DNA of 64,000 nucleotides from Patescibacteria group bacterium (GTDB lineage Bacteria > Patescibacteriota > Microgenomatia > Daviesbacterales > UBA10151). Each line of letters begins with the position of its first letter. The first letter of the stretch is position 1. The notes beneath the pieces were generated by a model. That model had not been told where the DNA came from. It saw nothing but the letters and a program-made list of their open reading frames with translations, and ran no database searches. The DNA is taken from assembly GCA_943356485.1 (NCBI GenBank), contig CALRFD010000001.1, forward strand, positions 137,716 through 201,715, read 5' to 3'. This document shows positions 20,011 to 29,750 of this stretch, one piece after another. The translations under genes were made by a program, and so were the position numbers.

Positions 20011-21810
20011 TTATCCGCCAGTCCCCACCAAATACACTGCCTGCCAGGGTTTATAAAACGACTTCCAAACCTCTTTGGCAATTATTTCCCCATTTCTCGT
20101 AACAGTTCTGGTGAAACTAACATCTGCTCCTCTGGCCGCAAAGTCTACCTGTTTAACTACTCCGCGGGGAAGGGTGGGATCATCTTGTCTTAGATCCGGC
20201 GGTGCAGGGGTAATATTTGTCACCACAGGGGTTGTTAAATTAACAATCCGGTTATCAGGTGCGCCGTAGAGATCAACAAATAAAGTACTGCCATAAGCAT
20301 AGGCCTGGATTAAAATATAATGCTCAGTGTCATTTTTAAATTGAAAATCAACTGATGGGTAAAAAACCGTGGCGTCCAGTCCGGGCGGAAAACCTTGTTC
20401 GTAGTAACCAACCCGGTAAGCATGGGCTACTCTTTTTACAACCGGCAGCCCGGCGTTTAAAACAGCCCGAAAAAGGGTGGTGGAATCCTGACAAACTCCA
20501 CCGCCATCATCTAAAACCGTTCTGCCTTCTTTAATAACATAGGCCTGTTTGAATCCGGTGGCGCCGGAGATGTCTCCCACAGTTTGATTGAAAGAAAAAA
20601 TTTCTCCTGGTGGAATAAGTGTGCCATTTATCTTTGCGGCAGTTAAATTAACATTATAAATTCTATTTGGAATTGATCCAGCAAAGTTGGAAATACCTCT
20701 GCCTAAAAGTTCTTTTATCCCTAAATTATTGACATCAGCTGTTTTGACTTTAGGCTGGACGATATTAACCGGCAGCGCAATTGTTTTGGAGGAGTTATTG
20801 TCAATGGCGCTTAATAAAAGCGGGTAAGTTTTTTCAATATCCAGTTCTTGTCCCTCTGCAGAAGGCCTAAAAGCGCTGACTCTTTTTGTCTGGTCGTTAA
20901 ATTCAAACAAGCCTTCCTGGACTTTTTGGTCTATCTCGGATGCGATCTTTTTAAGATAGGTATTAGTTTGAGTCTTACTTAGCAAAGAGTTATTACTGGT
21001 TTCTAAATCCAAAAGGGTGAGAAGCTGTTTTGCATCCAGGATCCAGACTTTTTCTTCAAAGGTTAATTTTATTGGTTCTTTAATGACATTTTCCAAAGCA
21101 GTCTTTGCTTTTTCGGCCTCATCATTAGTGATTTTTGGCTGAATAATTTTAAGCGGCAGCTGTTGGATTTTAATGTTGGTTTGTAAAAATTTAACCAGAT
21201 TATTTTTCAAAGCCTCCTTGTCTAAACTGGATCCGTCTACCCCGGGTTTAATTTGAATACGGGCAGAGTTAGTTGCATCAGCAGTTGGAGTTTCGTCAAA
21301 AGTAATCTCCGCATTTTGATAAGGTTGGTTAATAACAGTAGAGATTTCTTCAAGTTGTTTATCCAAAGCCAGTTTAATATTCGGATAGATTCTGGTTGGA
21401 GAGAAAATATTTAATAGTTGTTTTTGGATTTTTTCCAAAAAAGAATCAGGGTGCTGGGCTTTAAACGTGTCATAGACTTTTGTATAATCTATTTGAGCAG
21501 ATGAAGTGGCTAGATCAATGGTAAAAATTTGGCTGGAGGAGCTGGCCTCTGCTTTTGAAAACTGCAGCTTTTCCTTTGTTCTTTTATTAAATTTAGCCTC
21601 AAAAGCTCTTATTGCTTCCTCCTCTGTTAGTAAAGAAACATTACTGTCACCAATAAAGGTAAATAAAGAAAATTTATCAAGCAGGATCAGCGGATAACTT
21701 AAAAGCATTAACAGCAGTAAAGTCAAAAAAAGAATAATCGGTAAAAAATTTACCTTAAAAAATTGTATAAGATGTTTTTCCTTCTTTTTAACTTTACCCA
21801 TCGGCGACAT
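20011..21810 (-). CDS. VanW-family membrane-anchored protein
   Basis: N-terminal TM; NRIYNV.LTA.KING..I.PGE.FSFN, GGGVCQDSTTLFRA, HAYRV.YY, GLDATV. Confidence 0.9.
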   Translation of the reverse strand: MSPMGKVKKKEKHLIQFFKVNFLPIILFLTLLLLMLLSYPLILLDKFSLFTFIGDSNVSLLTEEEAIRAFEAKFNKRTKEKLQFSKAEASSSSQIFTIDLATSSAQIDYTKVYDTFKAQHPDSFLEKIQKQLLNIFSPTRIYPNIKLALDKQLEEISTVINQPYQNAEITFDETPTADATNSARIQIKPGVDGSSLDKEALKNNLVKFLQTNIKIQQLPLKIIQPKITNDEAEKAKTALENVIKEPIKLTFEEKVWILDAKQLLTLLDLETSNNSLLSKTQTNTYLKKIASEIDQKVQEGLFEFNDQTKRVSAFRPSAEGQELDIEKTYPLLLSAIDNNSSKTIALPVNIVQPKVKTADVNNLGIKELLGRGISNFAGSIPNRIYNVNLTAAKINGTLIPPGEIFSFNQTVGDISGATGFKQAYVIKEGRTVLDDGGGVCQDSTTLFRAVLNAGLPVVKRVAHAYRVGYYEQGFPPGLDATVFYPSVDFQFKNDTEHYILIQAYAYGSTLFVDLYGAPDNRIVNLTTPVVTNITPAPPDLRQDDPTLPRGVVKQVDFAARGADVSFTRTVTRNGEIIAKEVWKSFYKPWQAVYLVGTGG

Positions 21811-21842
21811 TGTAGTCTTTTGCGGTATAATTGAAAATACTT

Positions 21843-23171
21843 ATGAAAAAAGTAATAATTGTTGTGTTAAGTTTAAGTGTAGTTTTCGGATTTATTTTCT
21901 GGAAATTTGGTCCAAAGATTTCGCTTTTTAATAAACCAAAAGCCCCGGATCGGATAACTTTAACTTATTGGGGTCTTTGGGAAGATGATAATTTGATCAA
22001 ACCGGTGATTGCCCAGTATCAAAAAGAAAACCCCAATATAACAATAAATTACATTAAATCTTCTTCAATAAATTATCGAACCAGGGTGCAGGCGCAAATT
22101 AAAGACGGGGTGGGGCCGGATGTTTTTAGAATCCATAACAGTTGGCTGGGAATGTTTTTAAAAGATAGTAGTCTTTCATCAGCTCCCGGCGATATCTTTT
22201 CAGTCGCAGATTACAAAAGTTTGTTTTATCCGGTTGCTTTTGATAGTTTTGTTAAAGACAGTCAAATATATGCCGCTCCGATGGAGATAGACGGACTGGC
22301 TCTTTTTTATAATGAAGAGATGTTAAATGCAGTTGGCGGAACCCCGCCGAAAAATTGGCAGGATTTTATTGATTTGGCTGTGAAGATGACTGTGAAAGAT
22401 CAATCAGGGGTTAAAACCGCCGGGGCGGCAATGGGAGCAACTGGAAACGTTGATCATTGGTCTGATATCTTGGGACTGCTTTTACTTCAGCAGCCGGGGG
22501 TTGATCTAACCAATGTCGCTACTCCGGCAGTGGCTGAGATTATAAAATTTTACACCGGATTTATCACTGATCCAAAAAGAAAAACCTGGGATAAAAATTT
22601 GCCTTCCTCGACAGAGATGTTTGCTACCAATCGCTTAGGTTTTTATTTTGCCCCTTCCTGGAGAGCGCATGATTTAAGGATCAGTAATCCTAATTTAAAA
22701 TTTAAAGTTATTCCAGTTCCGCAATTACCGGGCAAGCAGGTTGCCTGGGCTAGCTTTTGGGGCGAGGCAGTATCCAGCAAAAGTCAAAATCCAATCGAAG
22801 CCTGGAAGTTTGTGAAATATTTAACCTCGCAACAGACGGAAAGGCTAGCTTATCAGCAAGCCGCACAGATCAGGCTTTTTGGCGAGCCATATTCTTTAAC
22901 TGCCCTGACCCCGGAGATTGCCTCTGATCCGATTGTTGGGGCGTTTGTTGCGCAAGGTCCGGTGTATAAATTTTGGTATTTGGCTTCCAATACGCTGGAT
23001 AATGGCATCAACGATGAGATGATTAAATACTGGGAAGATGGGATTAATGCCACTCTGGCAGGAGTTGATTCGATGACTGCTTTACAAACAGTAAATCAGG
23101 GGGTAAAGCAGGTAATAGAAAAGTATACAAAACCAACTATACAGGCATCTCCTAAACAAGGAATTAATTGA
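21843..23171 (+). CDS. ABC transporter extracellular solute-binding protein (sugar-binding family 1)
   Basis: N-terminal anchor; GPDVF, LALFYNEEM, PPKNWQDF, EAWKFVKYL. Start taken at MKKV. Confidence 0.88.
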   Translation: MKKVIIVVLSLSVVFGFIFWKFGPKISLFNKPKAPDRITLTYWGLWEDDNLIKPVIAQYQKENPNITINYIKSSSINYRTRVQAQIKDGVGPDVFRIHNSWLGMFLKDSSLSSAPGDIFSVADYKSLFYPVAFDSFVKDSQIYAAPMEIDGLALFYNEEMLNAVGGTPPKNWQDFIDLAVKMTVKDQSGVKTAGAAMGATGNVDHWSDILGLLLLQQPGVDLTNVATPAVAEIIKFYTGFITDPKRKTWDKNLPSSTEMFATNRLGFYFAPSWRAHDLRISNPNLKFKVIPVPQLPGKQVAWASFWGEAVSSKSQNPIEAWKFVKYLTSQQTERLAYQQAAQIRLFGEPYSLTALTPEIASDPIVGAFVAQGPVYKFWYLASNTLDNGINDEMIKYWEDGINATLAGVDSMTALQTVNQGVKQVIEKYTKPTIQASPKQGIN

Positions 23172-23179
23172 GTCTCTTC

Positions 23180-23231
23180 CCACCCTTCGGGTGGTTTAGC
23201 CCACCTTGCCGGTGAGGCAGACTTCGCACCT
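23180..23231 (+). repeat. 52-bp composite intergenic repeat, copy 1
   Basis: 46/52 identical to 59473-59524; CCACCC-ttc-GGGTGG hairpin plus a degenerate GC palindrome. Confidence 0.85.
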
Positions 23232-23436
23232 ATTCTTTTTTGGGAAATAGGATAGAAAACTATCTCACCTTGGGGGTCTTAGACTCTTAAGGGAGAGCCG
23301 ATTCGGCTGAGCTCATGGCCTAAGCCCTCAGGCTCAGACTCAAGTGAGGTGTAGAATACCTGCCGGCAGGCAAGATACAATCATGCGAACTGATTGTATC
23401 AAGCACGGAATAACATTTTGAAATAAGCTCTAAATT

Positions 23437-24225
23437 CTAATTGGTAGAAGAGATCTTTTTCCAAGCGTTATCATCAGTGCTATGCCTATAAACTCTGGTT
23501 TTTTTATCAAGTCCAGGCAATAAACTATATGCTTTGGTTTTAAGTCTTACAGAAAGCCCCTCATGATTTTCTATATATTGTTTTATTCTTCTATTATGGG
23601 CATGTGGAGCAATATAAAGAGTTTCTGAATCAGGTGATTCCTGTGCTGACTGAATAAGTGCTTTTGCTGTGATGAGCCTTCTTGCATTGTTCAGATCTAT
23701 AAAAAGTGACTCATATTTAGAAGGATAGTTAGACTCATTTAGATATGTTCCCGTGAATGTATAACAAGCAGCTAAGGCGAGAAAAGATGATAAATATAGT
23801 GCGTAGTGTGATGACAATATTAGACTACTGCCTAAAATACATGGTCCGAACCACATTCTTAGCGAGAAATTATAAAGTTCATAAAGAGGTTTATTTGCAA
23901 TATCTGTAATCGCAACATCTTTCTTGTAACGGACTGCAAGGGAGGCTACTTCGTTAAAGAAACTATTTATTCCAGAATAATCGCCAACTTCTTGCGCTAA
24001 CCTACCTATAAATCTCGAATTATAAGCTGTTGTTTCCAACTCAGGTGGAAAATATTCGACAAACACCAAAGAGCTATTTTGTATTTGAGATGCTATCTCT
24101 GGCCAGGGATTCTGGGTAGGTGTTTTGTTAGGCATATGGTCACAAGAGAGGAGGTGTATATTACTTGAGCCGAATTTTATTGTATCTAGATTTAAGGCAT
24201 ACGGATCTTGAGCTAATTCTGTCAT
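23437..24225 (-). CDS. Hypothetical membrane protein
   Basis: 262 aa with a central hydrophobic hairpin. Confidence 0.75.
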   Translation of the reverse strand: MTELAQDPYALNLDTIKFGSSNIHLLSCDHMPNKTPTQNPWPEIASQIQNSSLVFVEYFPPELETTAYNSRFIGRLAQEVGDYSGINSFFNEVASLAVRYKKDVAITDIANKPLYELYNFSLRMWFGPCILGSSLILSSHYALYLSSFLALAACYTFTGTYLNESNYPSKYESLFIDLNNARRLITAKALIQSAQESPDSETLYIAPHAHNRRIKQYIENHEGLSVRLKTKAYSLLPGLDKKTRVYRHSTDDNAWKKISSTN

Positions 24226-24324
24226 AGCCAGCGATTATATATCAGGTCGCTTAAAATATCAAACTATAAGGTTATTAAAATAATCCACTTTCCCTCCCCC
24301 CCCAGACTCTCTTTTCCCGCTAGC

Positions 24325-25467
24325 TCATTCAGAAGCAAATAAACTCATGAGCTTTTTAAAAGCGGCATCTGTTCTACTAAATGGGCTCTCAATTATAGGG
24401 ATGCCCTGAGGGTAATACTTATAGTTAGGGTGATATGTCATTTGTTGTAGGAAAGGGTTGGTGACTGAATGAGTTAAAAAGAATCCAGATAATTCCCCAG
24501 GAGTAAAAATAGCTACCTCTAATTTTGGAACCTGTATTGAACGATCAAATTCCAGGTATGGAGTATTTGTAATCTCAATTCTTTGTACTGAAGACTGCCT
24601 AAAACCTGTTAGCGTTAATTTCTCTCTTTCTTGCTTATTACTATCCCACACTCTCCCTCTTTCAAAACGTGTAGCTTGTCTTTCGGCCAGTAAGCGAACA
24701 ACCTCTAATTTTAGCGCATTCAGACTTGGAGCACTCCTTTTATCAAGTTCCATTGCAGTAGGTAAGGCTCTCCATAACTGGCGTGCAAGCCTGGCTATTG
24801 GTGGCATATTGTACCTATCTAATATAGGTAACTCTGCCAGAAGAGAAGGATAGCTGTCCCAATTAAAACCGATCTCTTCTGCATTAGGCTTACCCATTTC
24901 TTTTTTTGGAGCGCTTAAGTATTTAACTAGCTCATATCCAGCCGCGATAAATCGAGCTCTTTCCATATATAAAAGGCGTTGGGGATTCTGATTTTGTGTT
25001 CCAATATAAAGACGGATTGCATCACTTTGATTTCCTGAAGAAGGAGTACAAGTAATACTAAGATCAAGATTAGGCTCGCCTGTTGTTCTAAATCGCAGCG
25101 TAGGATCTAACTGCAGCTTGTTTTGTGTCTTTGAACCAGGCCAAAAAGTTAATTTTACCTTTCTCCCGGATCGAAGTCCTTGCAAATTTTCACTCAGATT
25201 AACTGCCTCTATTCCTGTATCTGGGTTAACTTCCTCTGACTTATTGAGATCAAATTGTTTATATAATAATTGCGCAAGAAAGTCTCCTGTGCTTTCTCTT
25301 TGCTCTCTAGTAATTGGTAGAGGTAAGCCTTGGAATCTTGATACAATAGCCGAATTTAAATCATAACATATCCCTCTCAAATCTCTTTGAGCTTGAGATA
25401 AACCGTGATATGCGCTATTTGCTAGCGGTCCTATTAAATAATGCGCTGCTTCTCTTGGATAAGCCAT
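24325..25467 (-). CDS. Hypothetical protein (380 aa)
   Basis: Long ORF; no motif. Confidence 0.75.
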   Translation of the reverse strand: MAYPREAAHYLIGPLANSAYHGLSQAQRDLRGICYDLNSAIVSRFQGLPLPITREQRESTGDFLAQLLYKQFDLNKSEEVNPDTGIEAVNLSENLQGLRSGRKVKLTFWPGSKTQNKLQLDPTLRFRTTGEPNLDLSITCTPSSGNQSDAIRLYIGTQNQNPQRLLYMERARFIAAGYELVKYLSAPKKEMGKPNAEEIGFNWDSYPSLLAELPILDRYNMPPIARLARQLWRALPTAMELDKRSAPSLNALKLEVVRLLAERQATRFERGRVWDSNKQEREKLTLTGFRQSSVQRIEITNTPYLEFDRSIQVPKLEVAIFTPGELSGFFLTHSVTNPFLQQMTYHPNYKYYPQGIPIIESPFSRTDAAFKKLMSLFASE

Positions 25468-25605
25468 ATTATTTCTACGATCAAATGATACGTTATTATA
25501 TAGTTGTTCTACTTATTTATCAAGGTACTACCACTTCACCTAAAGACCTGAATAAAAGCTTGTCTTTTGTAACTCGATATGCTAATTTGGCGGCAGAAGA
25601 AAAAA

Positions 25606-26223
25606 ATGAGTGGATTTATTGAAGGAAGTCCAGAAATATTTTTAGCAACTTTTGCTGAGAAAATTCAACACAGCAGACCCTTGTTTGATACACTTAAAAA
25701 ATTTAGTGATCCCATAACTTATAGAGCTTCCGTGAGGACATCTTTATGGACAGAGGGCTCGCCTGATTTTGTACTAATCGCCAGACCTAAGGATCCAAAA
25801 GTTAGCGATTTAAGGATAAGACTTCATCCGGATTTACTGGGGCCTAAGATGGAAATGTTAGTTGAAGATCTAAAACAACCTATCAATAAAACTTGTCTGG
25901 AATTACAGTTAGGATGGGACAATATCGGTTCTCCTGATACAAAAACTGGCGGCTGGAAAAAAGATTTTATAGCTAGTTTAGAAATCCCAAACCTCAACAC
26001 ATTATCTGTGCAAGGAGAGTGGATCTTAAGAGTTAGTAGATATTTTCTTAAGGCTAGTAAGGAATATCTTAAAGAAACTGATCCTCAAGCGAGAGCCCAA
26101 ACATTAGAGCAGTTAGACGAAGAATTAGATTTGGCCAGCAGGCGATGTTTAGCGGTATTAAAGGAAAGAGGTTTTGCATATCCTTCGGTACCTTCAGCAA
26201 CTGAATATCTCACCAGGGGATAA
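25606..26223 (+). CDS. Hypothetical protein
   Basis: ORF 25579-26223; start uncertain (MSGF at 25606 preferred). Confidence 0.7.
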   Translation: MSGFIEGSPEIFLATFAEKIQHSRPLFDTLKKFSDPITYRASVRTSLWTEGSPDFVLIARPKDPKVSDLRIRLHPDLLGPKMEMLVEDLKQPINKTCLELQLGWDNIGSPDTKTGGWKKDFIASLEIPNLNTLSVQGEWILRVSRYFLKASKEYLKETDPQARAQTLEQLDEELDLASRRCLAVLKERGFAYPSVPSATEYLTRG

Positions 26224-26318
26224 ATGACTAACTACCAACCCCAGGGGTTGAATAGCTTTGAACCCAAGGATTTCTTGAACAAAAACAAGATAGAATTTTC
26301 CGACCCTACAGGAGACCC

Positions 26319-26347
26319 TTGACATAAAACCTTTAAAAAAGTAAAGT
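26319..26347 (+). promoter_or_regulatory. Sigma70-type promoter
   Basis: TTGACA-17 nt-TAAAGT upstream of ATG 26359. Confidence 0.6.
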
Positions 26348-26358
26348 ATTTAAGCTAG

Positions 26359-27918
26359 ATGTTAACTCCAGAATTGTTAAACATTCCTGCTGCAATTTGT
26401 CCTGATCGCAGCGCGGTCATTTTTGAAGGTTCCCACCAATCTTTTGCCCAGTTAGATCAACGTTCTTCAAAATTAGCAGAATCACTCTTGCGCCAGGGTA
26501 TAAAATACGGAGATAGAGTGGCGATGCTGGAAGTAAATACTCCAAAAGTAGTTGAAGCTTATTTTGCCTGCGCCAAAATTGGGGCTGCTTTTGTTCCGCT
26601 GGATTTCCGGGCCAGGCAGGATGAGCTTAAATATAGATTAGAAGATTCAGGTGCGCAAGCTATTTTTTTGGGTGAGAGATATCTTCCTATGGCTGCTGCC
26701 TTAGGATCGAATAGAAAAATTATCTCCCTGGTCGCAGCTGCTAATCCTGAGATGTTAGGGATAGATAGCCTAATTGAAAATGGCAGAGAAGATAATCTTC
26801 CGGATACACCGGGTGATGAATCAGACATGAGCGTTTTAATGTATACCTCGGGCACAACAGGTGTTGCTAAAGGGGTGATGCTTTCCCATCAAAGTTTTAC
26901 GGAGTATTCGTTAAATAATGTTGATCCGGCAGATCCGGAAAAGCAAGAAAGTAATATTTTAACAGTGCCGCTTTTCCATATTGCCGGGATGCAGGCTATG
27001 ATGGCAGCGGTTTGGGGTGGTAGAACTTCAGTGCTGCAAAGACAATTTGAGCCGGTGGAGTGGATGAGGTTGGTGCAAGAGCACCGGGTTGACCGGGCGA
27101 TGATGGTGCCAACCATGCTTAAGATGTTAATGGATCATGCTGATTTTTCAAAGTATGACTTAGACAGTTTAAAAGTTATCACCTACGGTGCTGCTCCAAT
27201 GCCTTTTGAGGTGATAAAAAAAGCAATTGAACTATTTCCAAGCGCAGGTTTTATCAATGCTTTTGGCCAGACAGAATCCGGGGCTACTATCACCATGCTT
27301 GGGGTGGAGGATCATAAATTAGTGGGTTCCCCCGAAGAAGTTGCCAAAAAGTTGAAAAGATTAAGCTCAGCCGGCAAGGCTTTGCCTGGTGTAGAAATCA
27401 GGATTAAGGATCCGGATGGAAAAGATCAACCTGTATTTGAAAACGGTGAGATAGTGGTCAGGACGAAAAGAGCTATGAAAGGATATCTGGGAAAGCAGGA
27501 GGCAACTGCGGAGACAATTGATCCGGAAGGTTTTTTGCATACAGGAGATGCAGGTTATCTGGATGAAGAAGGTTATCTGTTTATCTCCGGTCGGATGAGG
27601 GATACGATCAAAAGAGGGGGAGAGTTTGTTCCACCGGCAGAGGTAGAGGATACTTTGATGTCTCATCCCTCTATTGCCGATGCAGCGATTATCGGTGTGC
27701 CTGATGATACCTGGGGTGAGACGATCAGGGCAGTAGTAGTGCTAAATCCCGGACAAAGCGTGACTTTAGAGGAGTTACGCAGCTTTGGCAGACAAAGAAT
27801 GGCAACGTATAAACTGCCGGACTCTTTGGTTATAGTTGATGAATTGCCAAGAAATCCAATGGGAAAAGTGCTAAAAGCTGAGCTTAAAAAAGTATACGGT
27901 CAAGCAGGAGGCAAATGA
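26359..27918 (+). CDS. Long-chain acyl-CoA ligase / AMP-binding enzyme
   Basis: YTSGTTGVAKG, PLFH, YGAAP, FGQTE, TGD, GR..D.IKRGGE, PRNPMGK. Confidence 0.92.
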   Translation: MLTPELLNIPAAICPDRSAVIFEGSHQSFAQLDQRSSKLAESLLRQGIKYGDRVAMLEVNTPKVVEAYFACAKIGAAFVPLDFRARQDELKYRLEDSGAQAIFLGERYLPMAAALGSNRKIISLVAAANPEMLGIDSLIENGREDNLPDTPGDESDMSVLMYTSGTTGVAKGVMLSHQSFTEYSLNNVDPADPEKQESNILTVPLFHIAGMQAMMAAVWGGRTSVLQRQFEPVEWMRLVQEHRVDRAMMVPTMLKMLMDHADFSKYDLDSLKVITYGAAPMPFEVIKKAIELFPSAGFINAFGQTESGATITMLGVEDHKLVGSPEEVAKKLKRLSSAGKALPGVEIRIKDPDGKDQPVFENGEIVVRTKRAMKGYLGKQEATAETIDPEGFLHTGDAGYLDEEGYLFISGRMRDTIKRGGEFVPPAEVEDTLMSHPSIADAAIIGVPDDTWGETIRAVVVLNPGQSVTLEELRSFGRQRMATYKLPDSLVIVDELPRNPMGKVLKAELKKVYGQAGGK

Positions 27919-27922
27919 ATTT

Positions 27923-28102
27923 ATGGCAGAAAGATTAGAAAATATAGGTTCTCGTTTTAAAGATGCTGTACAGAGATTTGGTTCTGAGGATGCTTTAGCA
28001 AAGCATCTGCGTTCTTTACCGGAAGCAGTTGCACTAAGAAAGACACATGCTCAGGAGAGGCGTAATATAGGAGAAGAATTAAAGAGGCTTGGTCTTAAGT
28101 GA
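27923..28102 (+). CDS. Small orphan protein (59 aa), not in the ORF track
   Basis: MAERLENIGSRFKDAVQRFGSEDALAKHL...LGLK*; fills the gap after the ligase and shares its first 15 nt with ORF 30996. Confidence 0.55.
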   Translation: MAERLENIGSRFKDAVQRFGSEDALAKHLRSLPEAVALRKTHAQERRNIGEELKRLGLK

Positions 28103-29026
28103 TCAAATTTTTGGCAGGTTAATTAACTGCACTTCCGGCTCGAGGGTAATCCCAAATTTTTCTTTAACCAACTCTGCATATTTTTTGGCTAATTTATAAA
28201 AATCTTCGGCAGTACCCCTACCTTTATTAATAAATAAATTGGCATGATACGGGGCGATCTCAATATCACCCAGAGTTGCGCCTTTGGCGCCTACACTTTC
28301 CAACAAGGATCCGGCAGGTAGTTTCCCGTAGACAATCTTATCTTTTAACTTTTCGGCAATCTCCTGCGGTAAGGTGCTGGCAACTATGTTTTTGAAAAAA
28401 GACCCCGGACATTTAATCCCCGTTGGATATTTTACAAGTCTTTTTTCCAAAATTTCCTGGGACTGAGTACTAAGTAACTCTTCGGTTGAGGGTTCTAATT
28501 CAAAAGATATTTCAAGAATAGTGTAGTGATTTTTTTTAAATTCTGAGTACCTGTAATCAAAGGAGCATTCATCCCTGGTGAAGTTTTCTTCATTGTTGCC
28601 ATTGAAGGCTGTAATTTGTATCAGATGCTCAGAGATGGTTTGGCCATACGCTCCGGCGTTGCCATAAACTGCACCGCCGACGGTACCTGGGATACCGCTT
28701 AAATTTTGTAATCCGGAAAGCCCAAGCTGGATTGAATAGTTGATCAAATCCTTAAGGATCGTACCGGATTTTACTTTTAAAATATTTCCCTCCTGCTGGA
28801 TTCCAGAAAATTTATTTTGAATGATTAATTTATTAACGCCGCTATCTGAAATCAGTAGATTACTTCCGCCGCCAACAACTAAAAATTCTAAATTATTATC
28901 CCGGGCAAATTTTATTGCCTCAATTAATTCATCCAAATTTTCAACAGCCACAAATTTTTTGGCTGATCCGCCAATCTTTAGGGTTGTAATATTTGCCAAG
29001 GAATAGTTATTTTTAATATCTAACAT
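28103..29026 (-). CDS. murB: UDP-N-acetylenolpyruvoylglucosamine reductase
   Basis: TTLKIGG, GGGSNLL, GIPGTVGGA.YGNAGAYG, FDYRYS, GSFFKN, HANLFIN, LEPEV. Start moved to MLDIK at 29026. Confidence 0.96.
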   Translation of the reverse strand: MLDIKNNYSLANITTLKIGGSAKKFVAVENLDELIEAIKFARDNNLEFLVVGGGSNLLISDSGVNKLIIQNKFSGIQQEGNILKVKSGTILKDLINYSIQLGLSGLQNLSGIPGTVGGAVYGNAGAYGQTISEHLIQITAFNGNNEENFTRDECSFDYRYSEFKKNHYTILEISFELEPSTEELLSTQSQEILEKRLVKYPTGIKCPGSFFKNIVASTLPQEIAEKLKDKIVYGKLPAGSLLESVGAKGATLGDIEIAPYHANLFINKGRGTAEDFYKLAKKYAELVKEKFGITLEPEVQLINLPKI

Positions 29027-29030
29027 ATAG

Positions 29031-29675
29031 TCATCCTGAAAAACCGTTAGAACTGTCAGCCAGATGAGAGATATCGTTCCAGGTAATAAGTTTCCAATCG
29101 TTATCTTTATATTCACAAAGGGTTAAGCCGCTGGTCTCAAGAAAAAAGAATTTATATGCCCTTAACAAAACACTGGCTGTTAGCTTTTCACCCAACATCA
29201 TTGTTAAAACAACTGCCTGTATAAAAACCATGTGTGTTACAACCAGCACCTGTTGCTGTTTAAGGGACTGAAGGTAAGTTATAAAGACAAAAGCTCTTTT
29301 TCTCAAATCATAAAAATTTTCTTCATCAGAAAAATGCCAGTTAGGTAAATGAAAATGTTTATCAAGTTGTTTTTTTATTTTTATAATGTCCGGATCGTAT
29401 CTGTTTTTTCCGGAGATTTCTGTGGGTCTTCTGATCTCTACAGCTAAGTCGTTATAGATGACTTTTTTGTTTAAATTTTTGTTTATAATATTCGTTGTCT
29501 GAACAGTTCTTTTATATGGACTGGAAATAATCAGTTCAATAGGCAAAGTTTTTATTCTTTTCCCGGCGAATTTTGCCTGTTGCATACCTTTATCGGTTAA
29601 GGGAGCCTCAGGGTAAGAATATAAATGGTTGGCATTATGCACTCCTTCCCCGTGTCTAACAAAATAAACTTTCAT
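29031..29675 (-). CDS. Histidine phosphatase family protein
   Basis: FVRHGE, LT..G..QA, SSPYKRT.QT, VVTH. Confidence 0.9.
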   Translation of the reverse strand: MKVYFVRHGEGVHNANHLYSYPEAPLTDKGMQQAKFAGKRIKTLPIELIISSPYKRTVQTTNIINKNLNKKVIYNDLAVEIRRPTEISGKNRYDPDIIKIKKQLDKHFHLPNWHFSDEENFYDLRKRAFVFITYLQSLKQQQVLVVTHMVFIQAVVLTMMLGEKLTASVLLRAYKFFFLETSGLTLCEYKDNDWKLITWNDISHLADSSNGFSG

Positions 29676-29750
29676 GAGGGTTATTATACCTCTTTTTAGG
29701 ATTGGTGATTATACAATGCAGAAAATCTTAAGTTATGCTAAATTAGCCTC

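Noticed and set aside
23258-23360. Assignment as SRP RNA, tmRNA or 6S RNA
   Set aside because: No SRP domain IV motif or tRNA-like ends were seen, and 6S cannot be supported by eye. It is kept only as an unassigned structure.
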